A stretch of 62,973 bases of DNA, filler included, from Lenisia limosa (GCA_001655205.1; 12 parts of 12 records of this genome joined end to end with filler, not necessarily neighbours in it); one strand, 5' to 3'; shown: positions 1 through 13,619, counted from the whole stretch's first letter. Program-made: numbers and translations. Notes: generated from the letters alone by a model not told the origin.

Positions 1-1391
1 TCCGTCAAGACCTTCATGTGCTCCTTCTACTTCTCAAGCGTATGACTGACTTTGCTGGGGGGTTTTTTTCTTCTCTTTTTTTTAATAAGAGCCCACTCAA
101 ACCAGTGTATAACTGGGGATTTTTTTTTTTGAATAAGAGTTCAATTCTCAAACATATAGTTTTTCAGACCACAGGAAAGCACAATATCGATATATGTAGA
201 TGAGAAATTAAAATAGGTATTTGGCGAAGCAATACCAGTCTATGATTAGCAATTTGTAGAGATTAGTAACAAACAGCAATACCAATATCTGATCTTGAGA
301 TCTCATGTCGACAGTGCCTCGAGGGCGGTGTGATCAAGATCCCTAAGGAGGCCGACTTCAAGTGTGGTGACGCCATGCTCGACATCCAGGTGGGGAGGGA
401 CGGGGGAGTTTAAAGATATTCAAGGGGGTTGATATTTTGGTTAAGGTGGAAGGGTCTTTTTAGTGTTACATACAGCGGGTCTTCTGAGTAGTAGACATCC
501 AAGTGGGGCTCTTTTAGTGAAGGGGATGGGGGTGTTGGTACTTTTATGCTATTGAGTCTTTAGTCAATCGTGTCAGGGCTGTTCATGTTTATTCCTAATC
601 TCTAAATAGTATAGCATATCGATATAGTTACATGTTTATTCCTCATCTCTAATATATACCTTGTACCTGAAGTATGGCGTTTGTGTATGTTTGTTTCCAT
701 CTAGCCATATAATACATACAGTGACCGGGATAAGTCTTGAGCTTTTTTCCACATATGTACATCATGTTTTATTATCATCTCTATGTTTATGCACACGTTT
801 AACACATCAGGCTGGAACCGCCGGTGACAACCGTCGTGCCGACTCCGACAAGTCCAACAAGGCCCAGAGCCCCCATCAATGTAGGCTCTTCAAAACTCCG
901 TGTTGTACATTGGGCTTCCTGACGGTCCGAAAATGGGTAGAATATCGAGATTTTTTTATTGAGTTTCAATATGATGTGTTGACGGCTTCGGCCAGACACA
1001 ACCAACGCTATTTTCCTGCCAACCGCACATATTCAGTGATGTCATGATCCAGCCTACCGCACAACCATCGGTACCGAGCTCAAGTCGGCCGGATCGGGCG
1101 GCAACAAGGCCATCCTTATCGGCGCTGGTGTTGTTGGCGCTGCCGCCATCGGAGGTGGCGCTGTATGCGGAGGGATAATGTATAATGGAACTGGGGGTGT
1201 AATAATGTGTTAGGGTATAATGGGGTTGTTTATTGGGTTCGTATGGTATGTATATTTTATCATTGAGTAAGATAAACAGGTTATTTTGACTCTTTCAGTT
1301 CATGGCCATGAAGAAGAAGTCCCCCACCGCCCAGGTTGATGACCAATACACCGCGATTGGCGAGGAGGCCGGCAAGGAGCATACTCTCTAA
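1..1391 (+). CDS. 3' part of a multi-exon single-pass membrane/surface protein (5' truncated)
   Basis: GT-AG exons join in frame: SVKTFMCSFYFS / CRQCLEGGVIKIPKEADFKCGDAMLDIQ / AGTAGDNRRADSDKSNKAQSPHQ / SYRTTIGTELKSAGSGGNKAILIGAGVVGAAAIGGGA / FMAMKKKSPTAQVDDQYTAIGEEAGKEHTL*. Hydrophobic segment followed by KKK; strongly C/T-ending codons; stop TAA at 1389-1391. Confidence 0.75.
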
Positions 1392-3384
1392 GCTCTCAAC
1401 GGATGGATAGGTGTTGCATGTCGTAAATACATTCAACGGTTCTCATTGGTGACTGTGATGATGGGACATTTTTTCGGCTCTTTTCTTCATGATACTGGAA
1501 AGAGGGTTTCTCTTTCAAATTTTCAAACGAGCCTTTTGTTAAATTTAAATCTCTATCATTTTGAGATGAGAAATAAAACAAGTTTGTATTCTGTAAAAGC
1601 CAAGCCGAAGCAGTCTAAAATCACCTCATAGACTATTAATATCAAACCGAGGACGGGGTTGAACCTAACGAAATGGGAAAGCCATAAAAAAAACCCAAAA
1701 GCTTGGGGTATAATAGCAAAAACAAAGCGTGAAATTGAAAACTAGAAACCACGGAACCAGAATCCCACAATTCATAATGACAGAAACGGTGACGCCCGCA
1801 CCCCCCATTTTTGTGATTAATTTTTATGATACCGAAGTCCAAAATATTAAATTTGACAATATTTTATTCAAGCACCGACACCGAGAGCAAAGTAAATACT
1901 CATTAATTAGCTGAGATCATGACACCCTCGATCAATGTCTCATGACCGCCTTGCATGACCGTCCGTGATTGATTGACAAGGACTCTTCTCCCTTGGAGGT
2001 TAGCCCGCCTCTCCTTTCCAGGCTTCTGCCGGGCTAAAGTAAGGCATCTTCTTGAAACGTTTTGCAAATAATAATGTCAATGGAGATGGGGATTGAAGTT
2101 TGTCATCATATACAGTAAAAAGTTAAGTAAGAATATATTACGCCTTCTTGATTGGGGTTCTTTTTTCAAGTAGCTTAATAATAAACCTGTATCATGATCT
2201 GTCTCATGAAATGGCTTATAATGTGCGTCCCACTTTGTGGTGCCCCTCTAATTCCCTCATATCTCAAATTCCCTACTGTCTTTATAATGCACGTTTGCAT
2301 AATCCACCCAACTTCTATCAAACTTCCCTGTTTATTTAAGAAACAAATACACAATCCCTGGGCAATTCTTTTGCCTCTTATTGCCCACAATTACTCTTGC
2401 TTGTTATTTGTGCCCACTTTGCTTGTTATCATTTTCGAAGACTGTTTAAATGATGCACCAGTACCTCAGCGGTTTTCAAAATCATGGGAAAAGAACACTG
2501 CAAGTATCCCAGCCATCTCATCATTTATGATAACTTTGGTTTAAATGATATGCCAGTGCCTCAATTTCTCTAATAATAATAATAATGTGTAATGATATGC
2601 AGCCTCGCCGACTCCTTATTATGGGGTTGCTTGTTGAGGTTTTATTGTTTTTTTTGTGTTATAGCTCTTCAAATGCCTTGTTTAATTGGGTTTTAGCTCT
2701 TCAAATGCCTTGTTTAATTGGGGTTTAGCTCTTCATATGCCGGCATCAAAGAGCAATGAGGTCGCCCAATACGTAAGGATTTATAATATCTCTAAGGCGC
2801 ATTGATCGTCTTTTTGTATCATATCACTTCTCAAGATAAGATCTGACATTTCCTCCAATGATATTTCCAAGAAAAGGGTTTTCCCTTTTATTTAGTGTAT
2901 AACTTGCACGTTAATTTGAACTTCCATTTTCAACAACGCTTCAGGTTGAAAATGCATTTGAGCGGCTGAAGATCATGGCTCCCGAGAGGCCTGATCTGAT
3001 ACACGAGGTCGTTGCAGGCTACCTAGTGTTGGGGGGTGGGGCTTCACTTCCGAAGAAGAATTTCTGGATAAATCCTCGAAAACTATCGATATTTTCCCTA
3101 AGTGATGTTATTTGCATGTTATCTCGTTTTAGGTGGTATTCACGACAATATTCTTCATTGGGATTTCCTTCATGTTGCTCCCCCCCCCCNNNNNNNNNNN
3201 NNNNNNNNNNNNNNNNNNNNNNNNNNNNNNNNNNNNNNNNNNNNNNNNNNNNNNNNNNNNNNNNNNNNNNNNNNNNNNNNNNNNNNNNNNNNTTCCGCTG
3301 CTTGTTTGTTTCTTGTTCTCAACCTTCGTGTGTTGTCAGCAAACCGAACTGATTTTGAGCTTTTTTGTTAAAAAAATTCCCCAG

Positions 3385-5371
3385 ATCGGCTCGATTCGAC
3401 TCTGGCAACCTCTTATCATGCCGGCATCGTAGTGGCCCGGCCGGATTCTACGGCCAAACTCCGCCCCCAAATGCCACTCCGGGACTTGTGAGCTTCGACT
3501 GCTCGCTTAATGCGGATGGGGCCGGTTAGTGGGTATGTTTTTGAAAAGTCTCAATTGCAATTGTGTTTATATGATGTGATAACCTTACTTTTTATTTTTG
3601 TGATAATAATTGTTATAATTGATAAACGATGATAAGATTGTAATTATATGTATAATATGATAACCTTGTTTTTTATATTTAACAATGTGATAAGATTAAA
3701 TGTGTTAATTGGGACCATTAGGCTTCCCCAACTGCAGTCGACTGAAAACGTGGTTCTTCTTCAAGGTGTCGGGCGTACTCCCGGGTACTCGGCTTCAATT
3801 CACAATACGTGAGGGGGGGGGTGTAAGGAAGGAAATTTCGATGAAGAATAGTGAGTGTAAAGGTACTAATCANNNNNNNNNNNNNNNNNNNNNNNNNNNN
3901 NNNNNNNNNNNNNNNNNNNNNNNNNNNNNNNNNNNNNNNNNNNNNNNNNNNNNNNNNNNNNNNNNNNNNNNNNNNNNNNNNNNNTATTCAATTAGGAGAC
4001 ATGTGCAACCAACAAAAGCTGATTTCGAATGGGATGAAGCCTGTCATTGCATACAGTCAAGATGGGCCGTATCGAAGGTTCGGGGTTTAGACTTACTACT
4101 ACGGCTTCACTTTGGTTCAGAAAAATATCAATAGTTTTCGAAGATTTATCAAGAAATTCTGTCTTTTTTCCAACCAAAGTGAAACCCTATATACTCATCC
4201 CGTCTACTGCACATCTTTTGGCTTGTCTAAAAAGGGTGTTTTTGAAAAATGTCTACAGTTGCAAAAATGGACATTTGCTTTTTCTTTATTTTGTTCATAT
4301 GACACAATATCTGGTCAAAGAAATGGTTTCCCAAGGTTGTATTGCTACACTATATAAGGTTGCATCTGGCCGAAGCCGCCCACACCATCACACTATAAGT
4401 AGTACTAATTCACCCAATCATTTGCCTGTGTCTCCCCAAGGCGCTACTATCAGAAATCTTCAAAACTCATTTTACCCATTAGAGTTGATGGTGCAGTAAC
4501 TGGAGAAAAAACAGCGGAAGGATTTACCATGACCTTTTCCGCAGTGATCCGTCCAAAGCCGAAGCCAAAAACACCCCCGGTTGGGCCAGGAACCGCACAC
4601 CCCTTCTTGCTGCGTGTCAGGGAACAGCGTGTAGGGCTTCTTCGGTTCAAAAAAGACCGGTAAAATATCGATAATTATCGAAGACTTATCCAGAAATTCA
4701 GTCTTTTTCGAATCGAAGTGAAGCCCAAACTACGTCTCATTTTTTTTACATCAGGGATCTGGCATCGTGTACTCAGCCGACTACACGCCTCCAGTTTCCT
4801 GACACATACCCCCACTCCCTAAATACACCAATTTTGATACTTGTCTCACCCCCACGCTCGAGTGATGGGATGCGGCTGCAGAAGCGACTGGCCTGTTTGT
4901 TTTGTTGCTATCAACCCTTGTGTGTTGTCAGCCAACAGANNNNNNNNNNNNNNNNNNNNNNNNNNNNNNNNNNNNNNNNNNNNNNNNNNNNNNNNNNNNN
5001 NNNNNNNNNNNNNNNNNNNNNNNNNNNNNNTCTCACCCACCGCCAGTTAGTTCCACGATCCCCCCTCAGAGCCGTGTTTTTCGCGTTCACGTACCCCGCA
5101 TCTTACACTGCAACATTCAATCTGAACAGATCTCTCATTCCACCAAGGCAAGCCGTTGTGTTTGCTCTCTGTACTCCTGCATCTTTTTACATTTTTTTAA
5201 ACAATATTTTTCACATCTTTTAACTGTTTTAACTAACATATTTGTTTTTTTGTATTTCAGAAAATTTCCATTGTCACATCCACCCCCCTCCAGCCCGTCC
5301 CCCTTCTATGTCCACCATCACGCTATCGCCAATAGTGTTCTAGGCCTTCCAGTCATGTGCCTCACTATCAC
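3385..5371 (+). CDS. Cytosolic carboxypeptidase (M14D, CCP5/AGBL5-like), N-terminal domain exons; 3' truncated at scaffold end
   Basis: Exons SARFDSGNLLSC, GFPNCSRLKTWFFFKVSGVLPGTRLQFTI, MCNQQKLISNGMKPV, AVFFAFTYPASY and FYVHHHAIANSVLGLPVMCLTIT match the family motifs FDSGNL, WFYF, MNKQ.KLY..GM.P, YFAF.YP.SY and YH...L..S..G..V.LLTIT in order. Confidence 0.8.
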
Positions 5372-5664
5372 GTAAGTAAACTTATGCGTTTCCATTTTCA
5401 TTGTTATTGTTTTACCTAATATATAAACTGTTCTTGTGAATTATTCACTCAATTGAGTTAAAATTAGGCTTTTTTTTCTTTTGCTTGTTCAGTTGAGTTA
5501 AATCTCCGGCTTTTCTCTCTTGCTTGTTTAATTGAGTTAAATCTTTGGCTTTTCTCTTTTGATATGATGTTTTTGTGAAATATTCACTCGATTGAGTAAA
5601 CTTATCTTATACCAAGACAAACACCCCCCCCCTACTCTTGACACCCCTCCCCCCATAGCCATAT

Positions 5665-5764
5665 NNNNNNNNNNNNNNNNNNNNNNNNNNNNNNNNNNNN
5701 NNNNNNNNTTAATTAATTAANNNNNNNNNNNNNNNNNNNNNNNNNNNNNNNNNNNNNNNNNNNN
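5665..5764. other. Artificial contig-joining linker (44N-TTAATTAATTAA-44N); ten copies in the window
   Basis: Identical 100-bp block with stops in all six frames at 5665-5764, 10307-10406, 13164-13263, 17853-17952, 28130-28229, 42414-42513, 45711-45810, 50664-50763, 59034-59133 and 60567-60666. Adjacency across these joins is not biological. Confidence 0.97.
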
Positions 5765-7079
5765 ATTTCCCGGGCGACCGGGCCTTGACCCGGAATCTGG
5801 AATAATACAGGGAAATATATGAAATGATAAAAGATACCATAGAAATAACCAAAGATACCCAAAATCTGAAATAGATGTACTCTAGTTTATCTGTAATACC
5901 TATCTACATATCATGTTTTCAAAGCAATGGAGCATGAAGACAAGGAAAGTTAGTTGACACAGGAAGAGAGGAAGTTGATAACTGGTTGAGAAGAAGTGGA
6001 AGAACACATCTGGAATTAACCTGGTTCCACTATGAAGGCAATATATTTAATAAAGGTGATGGGAAGGGTGGGTGCATTAAATTAAAAAACGGTTTACAGG
6101 CGGTTCGAGGGTTGTAACAGAGCCANNNNNNNNNNNNNNNNNNNNNNNNNNNNNNNNNNNNNNNNNNNNNNNNNNNNNNNNNNNNNNNNNNNNNNNNNNN
6201 NNNNNNNNNNNNNNNNNNNNNNNNNNNNNNNNNNNNNNNNNNNNNNNNNNNNNNNNNNNNNNNNNNNNNNNNNNNNNNNNNNNNNNNNNNNNNNCACTGA
6301 GTCGTGCATATATTGCAGTGTTATATTCCTGGTTGTAATAAACCCCACATACGCTGTAAAACTGTTCAAGTTGGGGTGTCTTTTTCGGTGAGAGAAGGAT
6401 CTACACAGATCAACTTAAAGCACAAAATAGATGGAGACGGAGCAAAAAAAGAGGCGGGGGNNNNNNNNNNNNNNNNNNNNNNNNNNNNNNNNNNNNNNNN
6501 NNNNNNNNNNNNNNNNNNNNNNNNNNNNNNNNNNNNNNNNNNNNNNNNNNNNNNNNNNNNNNNNNNNNNNNNNNNNNNNNNNNNNNNNNNNNNNNNNCCA
6601 ACACGGCAAATAAAGCCAAGCCCATTCGCTTTTGCAGCACATCCCATCATTCCAGCATACCTGAAGGGGTTAGATACAATGTAAATTGATATCCCTATTT
6701 ATTTATTTGTTTCCCTAGATTTTTATTGTATATTATTGCACAAAACAATGTAATGGCACAATAACAAAGGGAGTGAAGTACAACGGAGGGCCAACGAAAA
6801 AATGATTGCAAAAGATTGGGGCACCCACGCTTTACCTCAGCAAATTCATTGTCACGGTTAACGTATCCCCCAAGAATAAGGTCAATATGCTGTGTTTTTG
6901 GTGATTGTCCCTCTTTTGGAGACGAAGACCCATGTGTAAGTAATATCTTCTTTTTCTTTGTCTTCAGATCCTTCCCAGACTTCTCAGCTTCCTGCACTCC
7001 CTTCTTTTCTCCTTCCTTTTCTTGTTTGTTTTTGTTTTTCTGCTTCTTCATACCATCTTTTCCCTTTGAGTTATCTTCT

Positions 7080-10000
7080 TTTCCAGATTTCTTTCTGTTG
7101 TCTATTTCCTCACCACTCAGAGCAAGAGTGCGAGTGCCTCGGCTTTTTTGGTCTTTCATGCCTGGATGAAGCGCGACAAACACCAATGGCTGGTTTTTGT
7201 CCTCCTAAATAATAAATTTTTCCTCTCGAATAGAAGAATATTTACCCGTTCATCGAGAGAAAGCCCCATTATTCAGACAGTACTGGATTTACATTAAAAA
7301 AAAAAAAAAGCATAGTCAAAATAAAGAAATCTGGATGAGGGACTAGATAAAGAAATCTGGATGAGGGACTATATAAAGAAATCTGGATGAAGGACTAGAT
7401 TACACCATTAGCAAACTGTTAGCAAAATATTAACGACAAAATATAGAAATATAATTACAAGACGCCTTCAGAACGAAACAAAACACACTCCAACTGAAAC
7501 TTTTGTATTTAGCTATTATAGATATGATATTATTTACCCAGTAATTATCACCCCCGGGTGAAAAAGATAGAGGGGAAGACTATCCAAGCCTACCATTTCC
7601 ATGAGTTTGTCGCTTTCAAACGCCTTTTCGCAAAGGCCAAGCAGTGTTTCTTCCCTGGTCAAATCTTGATTGCCAGTTTTGAACTACAGTGATGAATAGT
7701 TATCAAAATAAAAATACTTCAGTTCTTTGATCCCAGAGTACGCTAAATTCGTCACTCAATATGCAACACTGTCTGGACCACCAGCCAATCATACTTCGAA
7801 CATCAGGAAACCGATCTGACCGTCCCCGGTTTTGAATCCCGCATATGCATCAAACCCTAAATGCTAAAGAGGCGAGGCAGGTAGTAATGGGGATGTTGAG
7901 AGAGAAAAAAAACCATTTAGAAGTGCAAAAAAAATAAGGACTGCTCTAAGTTGACTTAGTGACGGGATCGCTTACCTTGGCAGCCATTGTGAGTTGCAGA
8001 TAACATCATGCTGGAATACGAAAGAGACATCATTACTCCAAACTAACACTGTTATGTTGGAAAGTAAACCAACTTCTAATCAAGGCATTTTAGAAAAACC
8101 AACCATGTTGTGAGTGTCTGAGTCGCCTTGATCTCCGCACTGCTCAACTGATCCGCATACCGCAATTGTTGCTGACTTGACAATGTCTGGCAAACTGACT
8201 TCGGTCAAATCTAACAATCTCCCCAAGAAACTTGGGAGAGGGACCTGGACCATGTAAAAATATGGCTAAATAACTCAGAAGACCCAAGTAAAATTTTAAA
8301 TCCCATGAACCCACCATTTTTCAAAAAGTATAAATTAAAAAGGGGGGGGGGGAGGGGGGGATTACCATCTGATCGAAGGTAACTTGGAGTGATGATTGTT
8401 TTTTTACAAACACACAACGTTACAGTCATATCCAGCATAGCAAACCATTTGAGGAACGATTCCACCAAAAATAATTGGCAACACACCTTCTGATGAGGTT
8501 GTATCAGTCTAAAATGTTGGATTTCAATCAACATAACAACAGTAAAAAAAACGAAATGCAGTTTACCTGTAAAGTAGTTTGTAGATCGACACAATTGAGA
8601 ACAATGAAAAGACGGAGAGCCACTTCTTCCGCATCATTCATCTGTGATAGAGTTAACAACTCAATGGTACCATAACTCAAAGTTGAACCAACTTGCCTAC
8701 CCCTGGGGACCCAAGAACAGTTCGAATTGACTCCAAAGTTGTACGGGTTTTTTTAACGAGCGAAAGGAGCGCAATCGCAGCAGGAAAACAAATAATCGGT
8801 TCTCCCCCAGGCTTCAGATGAAACACATCATAGTTTTTATTTCCAATGATAAATTTCTTTGTTCTTGACTCTGACAAGAAACCACCATAGGTTACCTTTA
8901 AAATGATATTATTATTATTATTGGTGACAAAAAGCAAACTTTGACAATTTATGAAGATATGATATACAGAAAGATATGGGGGAAAAAACAACAAAGTTGT
9001 ATCTGGCCAAAGGTGCATTTAGTACAGACGGCAGGATGAATAGAACGCTTACTACTGTTGGGTTACTAAACATATTGGCAAAAGCGGGTTTTTCCTGTTC
9101 TATGGTGACGCTGGCAGAAGCACCGGATAATAAGCACACAGCTTGGGCTATTTCATTCTAAGTATTAAGGAGCAAGATAACTAAGTGAGAAATGGCTGTT
9201 CAAGGCACACCTGAGTAATAAGCTGCAATTTTTCATTGTCTGTGTTCTGAGCCTCCATTTTGAGAATACATCTGATATGGTACTGTAAGTAGTCAGAGTG
9301 ACCACCATTCAGTTCTGCAAGAAAGGCAGGCCGAGACGCTCTTGCCATTTGCTCAGGGCTACAAATGTTCACTTTCTTAAACAGTCAGTTCAGAAGTTCT
9401 TTTTCAACTTTTTTGAAGCATGATGTCCCCCACCTTGGGATCTATTTTGCGAAGCTCTTTTTGACTGTCGTCCCAATGTTGAGCGATCAAATTGGCATGG
9501 AGCAATGTATTACAAAAGAGCAAAAGTTCACTTTGTACAAGGAGTCCTTGGTGCTGATAAAGAATGGAACTAAAGTAATTACGAGGTGTTTAAACAAAAG
9601 GGAGTTATCAAAGAGGTCCACTGGGAATCTAATATGTATCAATTAAAAACCAATTTTGATGATATGCGAATGCTATTTTATGTTGATACTAAAAAAGGGT
9701 GGGTCGTAGTTACAAAAAAAAACTGTTAGGAAACTGAACAAAATAAAGAAAATTACGGAATCTTGTATTATCAAAAGAAAACATTTAGTTGGCAAAAATA
9801 AAACCAATACCCAATTCCTACTATGCTGATATATTAGTTGAAACGAGAATAATCACAGCTTTGGGCGTGTCATTCGGATTCGTCTTGATTAAGAACTTGC
9901 CCAAACTTTCCATTAAATCAAGAGATGACGTCTTATAGTAATGAAACTAAATAGGTAAATATTGTGGTAACAATTAGGATAATATTTCGTTCGGAATATT

Positions 10001-10115
10001 GTTTTTTTTTTTTTGGTAAAACAAAGAATAATTGGATAAACTCCCATACTTCGTCAATAATAATGACGGTATTCTTGTCAAGCGATTTTCTTCGGTTCAA
10101 AATTTGGAAAACTTC
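7080..10115 (-). CDS. Hypothetical multi-exon protein, no family recognised
   Basis: Series of minus-strand AG/GT-bounded open exons, e.g. EVFQILNRRKSLDKNTVIIDE, MNDAEEVALRLFIVLNCVDLQTTLQ, FDAYAGFKTGDGQIGFLMFE, FKTGNQDLTREETLLGLCEKAFESDKLMEM, and a Lys-rich exon near 7080-7170. Confidence 0.5.
7321..7398. repeat. 26-bp tandem repeat x3 (ATAAAGAAATCTGGATGAGGGACTAG)
   Basis: Three near-identical units visible directly. Confidence 0.9.
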
Positions 10116-10804
10116 TCTACAAAAAAATTAAATTGAGTCAAAGAGGTGTGATATAAGGAAACCCTCTGACATTTCAGTCGTCTCTAAGGAGCTTAATGAT
10201 TTTCTACCGGCGATGTAATGTACTGTCATACACGCTGAGTTACGAAGACTTTCAGCGACTTTTTTCACTAAGGTGGACTTTCCTTGGTGGTGGGGGGTAT
10301 TTGAAGNNNNNNNNNNNNNNNNNNNNNNNNNNNNNNNNNNNNNNNNNNNNTTAATTAATTAANNNNNNNNNNNNNNNNNNNNNNNNNNNNNNNNNNNNNN
10401 NNNNNNCAGAGATCTGTCAGAGATCTGGGGATCTTCAAAATCCCCAGGTCTGTGGCCCCCTGAACAGAAACAGAATGCCAGAATCAGCCATATAGTGTTC
10501 TCTCTTTCTAAATTTGAAAACGATTGCATTTGGGCGTCCGAGCTTGGAAAAGGAAGAGCCTTTACTCCAAACTAGGTCTGAAAAAGGGTTCCCAACTTAT
10601 TGCTAGTAAGTGGAATGAGAATGGTCGCTATGTTGCTGTAAGGGAAATATACAGAAAAGTGTTTTATATATTGGTGTTCATCCACGTGAGAATAATGGAC
10701 GACTCGTCAGATACACCTTGTTTATTTCTCATCTCTTCATATGCACACTTAGGAGAATACACTTGTCTACATTAACATCCTTTTCTCCACCTCGTTTATC
10801 CCCC

Positions 10805-12914
10805 AGAGTGGAACCCCGCTTTGCTGCGAGAGAGGGCAACAGGAGCAAACATGGGGGGCAAGCTCCACACACAATCAGACGCAGATTCCGTATCAGTAGT
10901 GTCGAAACTGCTGAAAGGTTGGGTGTGGGGAATGAATAAATGGGATTTTGACGAAGGATATTGGGGGGGGGGGGGTNNNNNNNNNNNNNNNNNNNNNNNN
11001 NNNNNNNNNNNNNNNNNNNNNNNNNNNNNNNNNNNNNNNNNNNNNNNNNNNNNNNNNNNNNNNNNNNNNNNNNNNNNNNNNNNNNNNNNNNNNNNNNNNN
11101 NNNNNNNNNNNNNNNNNNNNNNNNNNNNNNNNNNNNNNNNNNNNNNNNNNNNNNNNNNNNNNNNNNNNNNNAGCCGACAGAGTTGATTTTATTCTTATCT
11201 TATGAATTACTTTCTTCTCGGGACACCATCCTTCTATACAAACAACTAACCAACCAACATCACAATCATAATTATAATAATGGAACATGGGACGACGGTG
11301 TACTCCTAGAAACTACCTCCCAGTTAATCTGAGCATTGTTTTTCATAAATTTTCCATTCTTTATCCCTCCCTACCCCAGTCAAAGGTGTGGACTTTTCCA
11401 AAGGACAGCCCCTTGCTAGACTAACTGAGATCGTCCATTCTACAGATGCCCAGGTTTGAGGGAACTTGATTACAGTGCATTGATTTGGGGTTCTTATGAA
11501 CACTACGGTGCATTGACCTGGGATTCTGATGAGCACTACGGCGCTTTGATCGCGAAATGACGTTTATATTGTTTTTTTACTGGACCGAGCCAATTTCGAA
11601 ACTTCAATCAGCTTATTTCAAGCAAATGATAGTTCTCGAAAATCATCTCCACAAAGTTACGGTGGTAACGTCACCTTCTTTCAATTTTCCTTGCATTCAA
11701 CTTGTAGAATGTCCGGTTTGCTGCGGATTGTCTGTCATCAGCCATCCAAGTTACAGGTGAGGGTTTTAAAGATAAAATAAAAAAACAAAGGTAAACAAAT
11801 TATCATGCCGCCTGAGGGAATTTCTCATTACTATGATATTCAGTAGAGCTTCTCTTTCGGTTCTGAAAATGACTGGATTTTCGATAAATCCCCGATAAAC
11901 GTCGATATTTCACCCCTATTTTCGAACCGAAAGCGAAGCTCTAATACTCAGTGACCGTGATTTGTCGATATAGTACTATGGGCTTCACTTCGGTTCGAAA
12001 AAAGACTGAATTTCTCGATAAAACCTCGAAAACCGATATTTTACTGGTCTTTTTCTAACCGAAGTGAAGCACTATTTACATGAGTATAGTATATTATATT
12101 CTTGTCGACTTTTTATCTTTATTTCTCAATAGATTTCACGGAGTCCTCAGATTTTAATAACTCGCATGTAGAAGTGCCAAACAAGGAATTAGCCCTTCTT
12201 GTTCATAAGCTTGTTAACTCCGATGATGTTCAGAGTATCTCCGGTGAGACAGATGATTGAATGAGGATTATGATGTCACTATTCCAAAAGGGTCATTATT
12301 GATATGTTAGGGGTAGATACAAAAAAGAGTGGTAACGATATTTATCCAGAAAGTTGGTCTTTTTTTGACAAGAGAGATGATAAATGATTTATTTTTCAAC
12401 TTCCACATTTAATGGTTTTAGGAGGACTGAAAGCCGCCCTCACATTTGCATTGAAAGGTTAGACGGGATACTCTTTCACATTCCTCATTAATAATTGGTC
12501 CCTCCATGTTCTTTTTTTTTCTCTTTTTTTTAGAGCAAGAATACTATTAAATAAAGGGAATAAAATAAAAATATTTGATAACATAGAACTATGAACTACA
12601 ATTAATCAAGATATGAGTGTTTCCTGTGGTTTATTTTTTTTTTGTCATATATTATTATTCTTATTTGTTTTTATCAATTGTTTCTCAGTGAGATACAACT
12701 CTCCCCCCATTCAATGAAATATAACCTTAGCGCCTGGCCTGGGCTTTGTGTGTTTTGTTGTTTTCAACCCTCGTGTGTTGTCAACCAACAGAGTTGATTA
12801 CATGCCCTTTTTTTTTTATAAAATAATCCAATTTTTCTACCCTCACCCCCCACCCCAGGCCCTCAGGTCCGCCAGCATTTATTCAGTTCTCAGTGCCACG
12901 TCATCTTGTCCCAG
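10805..12914 (+). CDS. Hypothetical protein fragment
   Basis: AG/GT-bounded exons WNPALLRERATGANMGGKLHTQSDADSVSVVSKLLK, DFTESSDFNNSHVEVPNKELALLVHKLVNSDDVQSIS and GGLKAALTFALK. Confidence 0.45.
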
Positions 12915-13619
12915 GTAAGGGTCTATATATCATCATGGTCTATAGCTATTTCATCATAGTATTAGTTGGGCTCTTTGATATGAATTGAGCTTCTCTACCG
13001 AACGAAAAAGACCAATAAAAGATCAGTATTTGTCTAAGAATATGATACTGTAGATATATCATACTGACCGCGATAAGTCCTGGCACTGTTTATGAGCTTT
13101 ATCTTTTGTCAATCATGTCGAGACGTATCACGGTCACTGTTTCTCTTATAAGCGTGATGGTGTNNNNNNNNNNNNNNNNNNNNNNNNNNNNNNNNNNNNN
13201 NNNNNNNTTAATTAATTAANNNNNNNNNNNNNNNNNNNNNNNNNNNNNNNNNNNNNNNNNNNNAAAAAAAAGCAAAAAAAAAAGCCCAAAATCAACTCTG
13301 TTGACTGCAATACACGAGGGTTGAAAATAGCAAAACAACAAAAGGCCAAGGTCAGTCAGTAACACGAAGGAAATTTCGATGGTTTGGCGTGAAAGGAGGA
13401 GGGGGGGAGGAGGTTGAATCAGTCCCAAAGTGCTCAAATCATAAAGTTTTAGACCTTCCAGCACAACCCACTTTCACTTTGTCTGATTGGGCTGTGGAGG
13501 CTCGAGGAATATTCTAAGTCATGAATATAAAGAGAGACAAAACTCTGAAGGAACATGAGAGCCTACATTTAGAGAAGGGTAGAAGGTACTCTTGGTGGCT
13601 GTTGAAGATTCAATCAGAC

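Noticed and set aside
1645-1690. GGTTCAACCCC on the minus strand, tRNA-like
   Set aside because: No T-stem pairing or cloverleaf.
2430-3180. Possible upstream exons (VENAFERLKIMAPERPDLIHE) of the CCP5-like gene or a separate small gene
   Set aside because: I could not establish phase-consistent splicing across the N gap, so these are left unannotated.
5709-5720. Recurring TTAATTAATTAA as a biological repeat or piggyBac-like TTAA site
   Set aside because: Always centred in exactly 44+44 N; a six-frame-stop assembly linker.
8695-8730. Apparent Walker A motif VLGSPGVGK (CRN/RHS-like NTPase)
   Set aside because: The VGK codons coincide with GTAGGC, a donor used repeatedly in this genome, and splicing there joins the next exon in frame, so the motif is probably partly intronic.
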